64,000 bases of DNA from Candidatus Eiseniibacteriota bacterium (GTDB lineage Bacteria > Eisenbacteria > RBG-16-71-46). Positions 41,302 to 50,552 of the stretch are shown here, piece by piece; position 1 is the first letter of the stretch; each line of letters opens with the position of its first letter. The notes under the pieces were generated by a model. The model was given only the letters and a program-made list of their open reading frames with translations. It was not told the DNA's origin and ran no database searches. The stretch is from contig JANMQY010000015.1 in NCBI GenBank assembly GCA_031370785.1, forward strand, positions 1 through 64,000. The letters are read 5' to 3'. A program made the position numbers and the translations under genes.

Positions 41302-42480
41302 ATGTTGCGCTGGATCCGATCCGCGCTGTTCCTCGCCCCGCTGCTCGCGCTCGCCGGGTTTCTCCCGCGCACCGGCGAGACGCTTCCCCTGTTCGGGCGC
41401 AAGTACAACATGCAGTGCACCTCCTGCCACCTCGCCGCTCCGCGCCTCAACGCGTTTGGCATGCATTTCAAGCAGAACGGCTACCGCATGCCCGGCACCC
41501 AGGGCGACTCCCCGTGGGACAGCACCGCCAAGGAGTTTCCGCTCGCGCTTGTGGGCAACGTCGCCTACCACCTCAACTCCACCAACACTGATATGGGCAG
41601 TGGCAGCCACGAGCGCACCAACTTCAGCGCGTTCGAGCAGGAGCAGGTGGAATTCCACTCGGCCGGAACCCTGGCGAAGCAGATCACCTTTCACTTCGAC
41701 AACGACTTTGCGGGGCCGGGGGGGCCGCTGCAGAGCGGCATGGCGTTCGTGCAGTTCGACGACGTGCTGAAGGACGGGGCCCTGAACGTGAAGGCGGGTA
41801 TCTTCGACGCGGACACCCCGTACCTGGCGGACTCCCGCAAGACCGCGCTGACCGAGTACCTGAGCCCGGTGACACTCGACGGAGCAGGCTTCGAGCTGAA
41901 CGGCGCGCGCCCGAACTGGATGTACGCCGTGGGCCTCGTCAACAGCTCGCGCAGCCCCGACAGCGCGCTCGCCCACAAGCCCGATTCGAAGACCTTCAAC
42001 CAGCTCGAGAACACCTACGTCTGGGTGACTCGCGAAATCGGTGGACACATGATTACCGCGCGCGTCTATCTCGACCATCAGGACCCGCGCAAAGCGAACG
42101 TGACCTCCTCTCAGCACACGCGGGCCGAGCTCAACGCCTACGTCGATCGCGGGCGCCTCATCCTCATCCCGGGCTACACCTACGAGACGTTCCAGGACCA
42201 GCCGGACGGCACCGCCGATCGGCAGCATACCGGGCTGCTCGAGGCGATGTGCCTGCTCGACAAGGATTCGCACTGGGTCCTCACCGCTCGCTACGAGCAC
42301 CAGTACGTGCCCAAGGTCAACGGCGCGTCGGGCGTGCTGGACCGCAGCCTTGGGGTGATGAACGTCGCCTACTACATCAATCCAAACGCCCGCTTAGGAA
42401 TCGATTGGGCGCACGGCTCTGACAACGTCCACGGCCCGGTAACCGACGACCTGCGGGCGTTCGTCTGGGTGGGGTACTAG
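41302..42480 (+). CDS. Cyc2-like monoheme cytochrome c-porin fusion (outer membrane)
   Basis: AAGGAG RBS; signal peptide; LPLFGRKYNMQCTSCHLAAPRLNAFGMHFKQNGY motif; beta-rich body; aromatic C-terminus (FVWVGY). Confidence 0.8.
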   Translation: MLRWIRSALFLAPLLALAGFLPRTGETLPLFGRKYNMQCTSCHLAAPRLNAFGMHFKQNGYRMPGTQGDSPWDSTAKEFPLALVGNVAYHLNSTNTDMGSGSHERTNFSAFEQEQVEFHSAGTLAKQITFHFDNDFAGPGGPLQSGMAFVQFDDVLKDGALNVKAGIFDADTPYLADSRKTALTEYLSPVTLDGAGFELNGARPNWMYAVGLVNSSRSPDSALAHKPDSKTFNQLENTYVWVTREIGGHMITARVYLDHQDPRKANVTSSQHTRAELNAYVDRGRLILIPGYTYETFQDQPDGTADRQHTGLLEAMCLLDKDSHWVLTARYEHQYVPKVNGASGVLDRSLGVMNVAYYINPNARLGIDWAHGSDNVHGPVTDDLRAFVWVGY

Positions 42481-42980
42481 GCCGCGGCACGGGAGGCCCC
42501 GCTGCGCGCGCTCTGGCGCGCGGCGGGGTGCCCGCCGGATCGCCGATTTGCGTGACCTGATTACGGAGCGCTGCGCGCCAACATCCTCGGCTTTGGCCCC
42601 GTAGGTAAGGTTGCGTCAGGGCGCTTCGTGCCCATGGTCCCCGGTGGACGACGGTGGACGTGAGAGGACGGTGAGACCCTGGCCAGCGTTGCGAGGAAGA
42701 GCACCGGTCTCGAAAATTTATAACCAAGATACGCCGCTGCGGGTTCGATGACGTTGGCGTGCATGTCCCCCATGGAGTTGGAGCCGTGGGGGGCTTCGCA
42801 TTTCTGGTGAACAACAGTGGCCAGCAGTGGCCAGCTGCGGTCACTGAGGTGTCACCAAATCGTCACCCGCGTCCAGGTCAGCACCTAGCTAGACCGCTCT
42901 CAATGGTCCAGCCACCTTCAGTGTCGAGACGACAGTCTCCGCTATCGTCTGGCATACGCAATGACGCTCACTCGTCACAC

Positions 42981-43568
42981 TCACTCCCGCAACGGCGCCT
43001 CGACGTGCACCCGATAGACCGAGCCGCGCGGCGACATCGTGCTCTCGATCAGCCGGATGCCCTGCACCTGGAAGCGGGCGCCCGGCACGTCCGCGAGCGA
43101 TGGCGCCGCGGTGAGTCGCTCGCGCCAGTCGCGCCCCGGATTGCGCACGCGGCCGAGCGTGAGATGCGCCGAGAACGGCATGTCGGGCGCGCCGAATCCC
43201 ACCTTCTTCAGCTCGTGGTCGAGCGAGTGCGCCAGCGCCTCGAACGCATCCACGCCCTCGGCGAGCCCCACCCACAGCACGCGCGCAGGCGCGTTCTTCG
43301 GGAATGCGCCGAGCGGGCCGAGCGCCGCGGCGAAGCGGGAGTGCGCGGCGGCCGCGCGGATCGCAGCCTCGCCGGCACGGCGTGCTCCGTCCTCGCCGAT
43401 CTCGCCGAGGAATCGCAGCGTGTAGTGCAGGTTCTCGGCCTTGACCCACGAGACGCCATCGCACCCTTTGCTCTCGCCGCCGTCGGCGGGCGCCCGCAGC
43501 CTCTCCCCCGCGGCGTGCGCCGCCGCTTGCGTCTCGGGCGGCGGGAACACGGCGAGGAAGGTGCGCAC
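42981..43568 (-). CDS. thpR: RNA 2',3'-cyclic phosphodiesterase (2'-5' RNA ligase)
   Basis: MRTFLAV start; two HxT motifs (LHYTLRFLG, AHLTLGR); follows cinA. Confidence 0.92.
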   Translation of the reverse strand: MRTFLAVFPPPETQAAAHAAGERLRAPADGGESKGCDGVSWVKAENLHYTLRFLGEIGEDGARRAGEAAIRAAAAHSRFAAALGPLGAFPKNAPARVLWVGLAEGVDAFEALAHSLDHELKKVGFGAPDMPFSAHLTLGRVRNPGRDWRERLTAAPSLADVPGARFQVQGIRLIESTMSPRGSVYRVHVEAPLRE

Positions 43569-43570
43569 GA

Positions 43571-44827
43571 TCAGTCGAGCACGGGCTCGAGCGGCAGTCC
43601 GGTCAGCGAGCGCCGCACCATGTCGAGCGCGGTCTGGGCGCTCCGCTCACGGACCACGCGCCGCACCCCGGCAAAGCGGAACTTGCGCACGGCATCGCCG
43701 CCCGGGGTCGAGACTCCGATGAACACGGTGCCGACCGGCTTCTGCTCGCTGCCGCCGTCGGGCCCGGCGATGCCGGTGACGCTGACCCCGACCTCGACGC
43801 CGGCCATGCGCCGCGCGCCCGCGGCCATCTGCTCGGCGATCGGCGCGCTCACCGCGCCGTGCTTCTCGAGATCCTTCGCCTTCACGCCGAGCAGCGCGAC
43901 CTTGGACTCGTTCGAGTAGGTGACGTAGCCGCGATCCATCCACTGCGAGGATCCGGGCACGTCGGTAAGCCGCTTGGCGACGAGGCCGCCGGTGCAGGAT
44001 TCGGCCGTGACGATGCGATAGCGGCGCTCGGCGAGCGTGCGGCCCACGACCTGCTCCATGGTCTCGGCGCCCTCGGCGTAGATCACGCCCTCGACCCGCG
44101 CGCGCAGCTCCTCGTAAGCGCGCGCCGCGACCTCGCGCACCTCGGCCGAATTGTAGCCCGCGACCGAGACACGCAGGTCCACGCCGAGCCAGCTCGGCAG
44201 ATACGCGAGCGTGGCGCCTGGCCACTGAAGAGGCAGCTCACCGATGCGCTCCTGCAGCATGGTCTCGAAGATGCCGGCAGTGCGCAGCGTGAAGCACTCG
44301 ACCGCGCCGCCCGCGCGCTCGCGCAGGAACGGCACGACGTACTCCAGGGTCAGCGCCTCCATCTCGTGCGGCACGCCGGGCAGCAGGATCACGGGCTTGC
44401 CATCGTGCTCGATCAGGATGCCGGGCGCGGTGCCATTGCTGTTGGGCCACGCGCTCGCGCCGCGCGGCAGCAGCGCCTGGGCCTCGACGGATGCAGGCAG
44501 CGGCCGGCCGAGCCGGCGGATGCGCTCGCGGATCAGCGTGAGCACGCCTTCATCGACCTGGAGCGGCCGCCCGAGCGCGGTCGCTACCGCCTGGCGCGTG
44601 AGGTCATCGGGCGTCGGCCCGAGCCCTCCCGTCATCACCACCGCGCCGGCACGCTCGAGCGCGTTCTTCAGCCCCTCCCCGATGCGCTCGGCGGTGTCGC
44701 TGACCGTGGTGTGCCACCCCACCTGCACGCTCGCTTCTTCGAGCGCGCGGGCGAGAAAGGCGAAGTTGGTGTCGAGCGTGCGGCCCGACAGCACTTCGTT
44801 CCCGACGGTGATGATCTCGATCTGCAT
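43571..44827 (-). CDS. cinA: Competence/damage-inducible protein CinA
   Basis: GNEVLSGRTLDTN, GGLGPTPDDLT, AESCTGG and TGIAGPDGG motifs. Confidence 0.95.
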   Translation of the reverse strand: MQIEIITVGNEVLSGRTLDTNFAFLARALEEASVQVGWHTTVSDTAERIGEGLKNALERAGAVVMTGGLGPTPDDLTRQAVATALGRPLQVDEGVLTLIRERIRRLGRPLPASVEAQALLPRGASAWPNSNGTAPGILIEHDGKPVILLPGVPHEMEALTLEYVVPFLRERAGGAVECFTLRTAGIFETMLQERIGELPLQWPGATLAYLPSWLGVDLRVSVAGYNSAEVREVAARAYEELRARVEGVIYAEGAETMEQVVGRTLAERRYRIVTAESCTGGLVAKRLTDVPGSSQWMDRGYVTYSNESKVALLGVKAKDLEKHGAVSAPIAEQMAAGARRMAGVEVGVSVTGIAGPDGGSEQKPVGTVFIGVSTPGGDAVRKFRFAGVRRVVRERSAQTALDMVRRSLTGLPLEPVLD

Positions 44828-44962
44828 GGAAGCGCTTCCGGGCTCGGGAGGTCGGAACAGGGACCCGGCTGACTCTGCCGGAGTCGCTTCGGTTCGGCAA
44901 CTGCCGTGGCTCCGGCAACTCCAACACTTGCGGCACGTGCGCGACTCCGCCAAAATTCGCGC

Positions 44963-45532
44963 ATGGCCGCGACCCCCGACCTCACGCAGACCCTGCTGCG
45001 CTCGCGGCGCGGGGAGCGTGAGGCTCTCGATGAGATGCTGGTCGCCCTCTACGCCGAGCTGCGAGGCCTCGCCGCAGGCTATCTGCGCCACGAACGCGTC
45101 GGCCACACGCTCCAGCCCACCGCTCTCGCGCACGAGGCGTTCCTGAGGCTGGTCGATCAGCGCGCGGTGAGCTGGCAGGACCGCGCGCACTTCCTCGCGC
45201 TCGCCGCGCAGGCGAGGCGCCGCATCCTCGCCGACCAGGCGAGGCGCCGGCATGCGCTCAAGCGCGGCGGTGATGCGGTGCGCGTGGCGCTCGAGGACGT
45301 CGAGCTGCTCGCGCCGGGCGGGGACGTCGAGATCGATGCGCTCGACTCGGCGCTCGAGAAGCTCGCCGCGCTGGATGCTCGCCAGGCGCAGATCGTCGAG
45401 CTGCGCTTCTTCGGCGGCCTGACGCTCGAAGAGACCGCCGAGGTGGTCCAGGTCTCTCTCGCGACCGTGAAGCGCGACTGGCTGATGGCGCGCGCGTGGC
45501 TCCACCGCGAGCTCGCCGAGCAGGCTCCGTGA
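44963..45532 (+). CDS. ECF sigma factor, kinase-associated (TIGR02999-type)
   Basis: HTLQPTALAHEAFLRL, DRAHF, VELRFFGGLT and TVKRDWLMARAWL motifs. Confidence 0.9.
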   Translation: MAATPDLTQTLLRSRRGEREALDEMLVALYAELRGLAAGYLRHERVGHTLQPTALAHEAFLRLVDQRAVSWQDRAHFLALAAQARRRILADQARRRHALKRGGDAVRVALEDVELLAPGGDVEIDALDSALEKLAALDARQAQIVELRFFGGLTLEETAEVVQVSLATVKRDWLMARAWLHRELAEQAP

Positions 45533-47294
45533 CCGAGCGCTGGCAGACCGTCTCCGGGCTGTTCGAGCGCGCGCTCGCGCTGCCCAAGGGCGAGCGCGAC
45601 CGTTTCCTCGCGGAGGAGTGCGGCGGTGATGAAGTGCTGGCCGCCGAAGTGCGATCCTTGCTCGGGCACCACGATCAGGCGACCGGGTTCCTCGAGTACG
45701 GCCCGGGCGGCGCGATGGCTTCGCAGGTGCCGCGCTCCGATTCTTCGATCGGCGCCGCGATCGGCGCGTGGCGCGTGGTGCGGCCGCTCGGGGAAGGCGG
45801 CATGGGCGTCGTGCTGCTGGTCGAGCGCGCCGAGGGCGGCTTCCAGCAGCGCGGCGCGCTCAAACAGCTGCGCCACGGGCTGGGGGGCGACCAGCTGGTG
45901 CGGCGCTTCATGCGCGAGCGCCAGATCCTCGCGACGCTCGAGCACCCGAACAACAGCAGCGCGCGGTCGCCGAGAAGCGCTACGAGCTGGTGCGCTCGCT
46001 CGCGAACACGCTCATCTTCGACGTGCACGACGCGGTCGAGAAGTTGCCGGGCGGCGCGCCGGTGCGCGAGATGGTGCTGAACAAGGCGGTCGGCTTCCTC
46101 GACAAGCTGGCCAGGGATGCCGGGCCCCGCGACACGACGCTCCGACTCCAGCTCGCCGACGCGTACGAGCGCATCGCGATCGTCCAGGGCATGGGGCTTC
46201 AGCCCAACGTGGGCAAACCGGGCGAAGCCTACGAGAACTTCCGCAAGGCCGTAGCGATACGCGAGGGACTCGAGCACGATCTGCCGAATGATTCGCGTGT
46301 GCTGTTCGGGCTGGTGAGCGCGTACACCAAGCTCGCGAACTTTCAGCAGATCCGCGGCCACAGGGAGGAAGCGTTCACGCTGCATCGCAAGGCGCTCGCG
46401 GCGGCGGAGAAGCTCTCGGCCGCGTACCCCAAGAATCGCGACTACCAGGCGAATCTGAACGTGCGCCGCTACAACCTGGGGCAGCTCTACTATTCGACGA
46501 ACAAGACGGGCGAGGGTCTGCCGCTCATGGAAGAGGGCCGCCGCGGGCTCGCCGCGATGGTGCGGCCCGACACTTCGGACGCCAAGATGCAGAGCCTGCT
46601 CGGCGAAGTCCATTGGAACTACGCGCAGACGCTCATGAACGGCTCGGGACGTACCGACAGCGCGATGGCGGCGCTCGACCGATCGGAAAGCCTCTTCGTC
46701 AATCTGCAGCGCCGTGCGCCCAGCGATCCCGGGCTCAAGATCAAGCGCGCCGTCAATCAGAGTCTGCTGGCGATGATCTCGTGGTACCGCATGCGTGACG
46801 CCGAGCGCGCGTTGTGGCACGCCGAGGCCTCATCGGCGATCGTCGACACGCTGGCCAGCGTGGATGTCGGCAACAAGGATATGGAGCTGAACAGCGTGAT
46901 CTCGCGATTCCTGGTGGGCTACTTCGTGGCGGTTGCCGGGCACATCGATCGCGCACTGCCGCTGCTTCGAGAAGGCAAGGCGCGCTGGACCGCGATGTAT
47001 CGCAATCCCGACTTTCGCCCGACTGCCGCGGCCGAACTCGAGACCGCGGACGAGGCGGATTCGTGGATCGAGGAGCACCGCGCACGCGCCGCATCGGCTG
47101 CCGGACGTCCGAGCCTTCCCCACTGGCAGGCCGCGCGCCGCTCGCTCGATCGCTGCTATGCGGTCTTCGACTCGCTCACCGCAGCGGATGAGTCCGGCAC
47201 CTTGCTGTTCGAGCAGCGCTCGATCATGCGCGAGCGCATGGCGCGGATGGACTCGGTGCTGGCGGCTGCAAAGACGACGGCGCTGCGGCGGTAG
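45529..47294 (+). pseudogene. Ser/Thr kinase-TPR gene with large internal deletion and frameshift
   Basis: ERWQTV...LGEGGMGVV...ALK...RERQILATLEHPN joins out of frame at ~45950 to QQRAVAEKRYELVRSLAN (post-TM region). Confidence 0.8.
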
Positions 47295-47344
47295 TTCAGG
47301 CGCGCGAAGCCACCGCCGGCGCTACTCTGCCCTCTCCCCTGCGA

Positions 47345-47788
47345 TCAATTCGACGTGGGTCGTCGGTTTGAGCCCGAAGGCGGCGCGGCCAGCAAGGGCG
47401 TGTCGATCAACGCGGCACGCAGGCCGCGACGGGAGAGTCGCAGGTTGATTCTTCGCACGAGCGAGCCTGCTCCGGTGCGCCGTGGGTCGTACGCGAGAGA
47501 CAGGGCGGCCGGCGCGAGCGAGACTCGAGACGTTCCCGCGATGACGCCGGCGCAGGACTCAACGCTCCGAAGAATCCAGGCCTCCAGTGCCGGGCCCGGC
47601 GGAATCGGACCCTGGATCTCCGCGAACACGACCGCGTGGCCATGCCGCTGGGCAGCTGTCATCACGGCATGGTCGTAGGTCGCGGCGACCTTGTCCTCCA
47701 TGCAGTGGCCGCAGGCCATGGCAGGTGGGACAGACCCAACCAGACTCGAAACCGCGATCGCGAATACAACTCGGCGCACCGATGGCAT
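47345..47788 (-). CDS. Exported small protein with N-terminal CxxC and HMA-like C-terminal region
   Basis: Signal peptide ending AMA, then CGHCMEDKVAATYDH; GV...RVSL..AALSLAYDP; starts 5 nt after the nirK stop. Confidence 0.7.
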   Translation of the reverse strand: MPSVRRVVFAIAVSSLVGSVPPAMACGHCMEDKVAATYDHAVMTAAQRHGHAVVFAEIQGPIPPGPALEAWILRSVESCAGVIAGTSRVSLAPAALSLAYDPRRTGAGSLVRRINLRLSRRGLRAALIDTPLLAAPPSGSNRRPTSN

Positions 47789-47793
47789 CGCCG

Positions 47794-49254
47794 TCACTCC
47801 TTGAGCGCCTTGTCCGTGGTCACTGGTGTGGACCCCGCCGGACTCGGATGGGCGTCCGCCCATTTGAAGTACTGCATTATCTCCCGCACCTCTTCTGGAG
47901 AAAGGTTCTGATTCGGCATGGGGATCATGTAGCGAGCGAGGAGCGCCTTTGCGGTGTCATCGGTCGCCATCATTTTCTCGGGCGACATCAGCCAGCTTCT
48001 GAGCCAGGTTTCACTGCGTCGCCGATCGACTCCAAGAAGGTCCGGGCCGACTCGAGTACCAGCACCGAGCGAGTGGCAGGCGAGGCACTTGCTCTCGAAG
48101 TTCAACTTGCCGCGAATGGCCACCGGATCATCGGGGGTTCCGCTGGCGGGGATGTTGTGGTGCTCGATCGGCAGAGTATCGTTCGTCGCTCCGGTCGCGT
48201 CGATCAGCCCGATGGCCCCCTGCGTTGCGTTCGCGAAATGGTGGTCGACCATGACGTACTTGCCCGCCTCGGGGATTACGAACTCCACGATCGCCGAGCA
48301 GCTCGATCCCAAGAGCACCGTCTGCATCCCGCGGAACTGGTTGTCAGGATTCCCGTCGATCCAGACGCGGTCGAAAATGGTTCCCACGACGTGGAAGCTC
48401 GAGGTGTTGCTGGGGCCGACATTCAGCACGTAGAGCCGCACCCGCTCGCCCGGCTTGGCGGGTAGCGGACTGTCGACGAGACCGTTGTAGCGCCCGTTGA
48501 AAACGGTGTAAGTCGACTCTTTGGTGCGCACCTTCTTGGTGTCGAGAACATAGAGCGGATGCTCGTCCACCTTTCGACCCTGGGGATCCAGCTGGACATA
48601 GAACTCGCTCTGTATGATCACGTACTCGCGATCTGCGTGCGTCGGATAGCCACCGCGCGGCTCGACCACGACCACTCCGTACATGCCGGAAGCGATGTGT
48701 TCCAGGATCATCGGCGTGCCGCAGTGATACATGAACACGCCCGGATAGTTGAGCGTGAACTCAAAGGTGATGGTTTGCCCGGGGGCGATGGAATGATATT
48801 TATCCTGCGGCGAAACCATGGCCGCATGGAAGTCCATGGAATGCATCATCGGTTGAGCAAAGGAGACCGGCCCGGGCATGGCCTCATCGCTGCGATTGGT
48901 CATGCTGAAGTGGATGCGGTCACCGACGCGGGCATGAACCGTCGGACCCGGCACCTGCCCGCCGAAAGTCCAGGCTAGAAATCGGATGCCAGGGGCGATC
49001 TCGACGATCTGGGCGATCGTGTCGAGGTGGATGGTCTTTGTTTTTTCACTCTTCAGCGGTTCGAGCTTGGGACCGTGGCTGAGAGCATCGCCCTCGGAGA
49101 GCGGACCGGTGTGACGTGTGCTCGAGAGCCGAGCAGCCGGGGGTTTGAGGTCCATTCGTGACTGGTCGTACGAGTTGCCATCACGCTGTCCACAACCGGC
49201 AGGCAGGCAAGCTAGCCAGAAGATGGCCGCAATGCGAGCAGGCAATCGTCTCAT
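47794..49254 (-). CDS. nirK: Copper nitrite reductase with C-terminal cytochrome c, lipoprotein
   Basis: Lipobox PAGC; HSMDFH, YHCGTPMILEHIASGM, SSFHVVG and YVMVDH motifs; C-terminal CLACH...GPDL...MP. Confidence 0.87.
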   Translation of the reverse strand: MRRLPARIAAIFWLACLPAGCGQRDGNSYDQSRMDLKPPAARLSSTRHTGPLSEGDALSHGPKLEPLKSEKTKTIHLDTIAQIVEIAPGIRFLAWTFGGQVPGPTVHARVGDRIHFSMTNRSDEAMPGPVSFAQPMMHSMDFHAAMVSPQDKYHSIAPGQTITFEFTLNYPGVFMYHCGTPMILEHIASGMYGVVVVEPRGGYPTHADREYVIIQSEFYVQLDPQGRKVDEHPLYVLDTKKVRTKESTYTVFNGRYNGLVDSPLPAKPGERVRLYVLNVGPSNTSSFHVVGTIFDRVWIDGNPDNQFRGMQTVLLGSSCSAIVEFVIPEAGKYVMVDHHFANATQGAIGLIDATGATNDTLPIEHHNIPASGTPDDPVAIRGKLNFESKCLACHSLGAGTRVGPDLLGVDRRRSETWLRSWLMSPEKMMATDDTAKALLARYMIPMPNQNLSPEEVREIMQYFKWADAHPSPAGSTPVTTDKALKE

Positions 49255-49399
49255 GCGCTGTCCTCCACAAGGCCCGTGCGCGTCTTTTGGTGCTCTGACT
49301 CGCGGCACGATACTCCTGAGGTGAGGTGACCGCGACGATACAAAGGGACCATGCGGGAGACTCCCTCGGTACCCTGGCCAAGGCGGAGGCCTCGGGGCG

Positions 49400-49421
49400 A
49401 ACCTTGACGCTGGGCATGGTT
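49400..49421. promoter_or_regulatory. Candidate FNR/Crp-family box upstream of nirK
   Basis: AACC-TTGAC-GCTG-GGCAT-GGTT imperfect palindrome. Confidence 0.4.
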
Positions 49422-49755
49422 GCCTGGTCCTGGACGCCCGGGTCGCAGTCCGTCGGGCGAACTGACGTCGGAAGCAGGTCGCCGACCAAGCCAATGGCTG
49501 GGGCGAGTCTTGAGGGCCGCAGCGGCCAACGCCGTCCCGGGACTCCTCCCCCCTGCTCTTACCGTGAGCCGTTTCGGACCGATTCTGCGCGTACTGCTCT
49601 GAGCCCGGCGAAGGCGAACGCCAGGTTCGGCAGGCGCGGGGATCTCTCGGCCCCGCGGGGCGCGCGTCCCAACGAGTCGCACTCCCTCGAAATGAGCCTG
49701 CCCAGGTCACCCGCGGTCCGCTCGCGCCCGCTTCGGACTGCTCGGGAGCTGTTCC

Positions 49756-50481
49756 ATGTCGAGTGCGCTTCGTTATTCACGGCCGGCAGTGGCGCCGACT
49801 CCGCAGCTCGTGCCTCGCGCCATCGGCATCACCCGCAGCCCCGGCCCCACCCGCCCGGCCAGCGAGAGCCCGGCGCGTCCCTCGAGCCGCCGCCAATCGC
49901 GCACGAGCTACGCCGCGTGGAGCGATGAGGCGCTGGCCCTGCTCGCCCGCCGCACGTACCTGCGCGAGTCCAACGCCGCGGCGCTCGAGCTGTTCGGACG
50001 CCACCAGCAGCGCATCTATCGCTGGTGCTACGGATTCGTGCGTGAGCCGGAGCTGGCGCGCGACCTGGCGCAGGATGTGTTGCTCAACGCCTGGCGCGCG
50101 CTCGACAGCTACCGCGCGCACGCCCCGTGGGTGTGCTGGCTGTATGCGATCGCCCGCCATCGCTGCCTGAGTGCGCTGCGTCCGCGCATGCTGGTGCGTG
50201 CGACAGACATCGAGCCGGACTCGCTGAACGCGCGGCAGCCTTCGCCGGACGATGAGTGTGCCTCGCGTGACTGGATGGAGCGTACGGTCGGGCTGATCGA
50301 GCGCACGCTGGAGACCCGGGAGCTCGAGGCAGTGCGCCTGCGTTGCGAGGAGCGGCTGCAGATCGAGGAGATCACCTCGCGTCTGGCGATCGACTCCCCT
50401 TCGGGAGCGCGCGGCGTGCTGCAGAAGGCGCGTCGCAAGCTGCGGGCGGCGATGGAACGCGAGGGGCTGGTCGAGGCCTGA
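49756..50481 (+). CDS. ECF sigma-70 factor
   Basis: LFGRHQQRIYRWC, ARDLAQDVLL, WLYAIARHRC and ARRKLR motifs; start uncertain. Confidence 0.85.
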   Translation: MSSALRYSRPAVAPTPQLVPRAIGITRSPGPTRPASESPARPSSRRQSRTSYAAWSDEALALLARRTYLRESNAAALELFGRHQQRIYRWCYGFVREPELARDLAQDVLLNAWRALDSYRAHAPWVCWLYAIARHRCLSALRPRMLVRATDIEPDSLNARQPSPDDECASRDWMERTVGLIERTLETRELEAVRLRCEERLQIEEITSRLAIDSPSGARGVLQKARRKLRAAMEREGLVEA

Positions 50482-50552
50482 GGAGTCCGGCGCGCCCGCG
50501 CGCCGGTGCTTCTGCCGAGAGTCGTGGCCCCGCCCGGATGTCGCGACGCCGG

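Noticed and set aside
39699..41471. 590-aa minus-strand ORF as a single gene
   Set aside because: Chance read-through across the IS3 antisense strand into the kinase fragment
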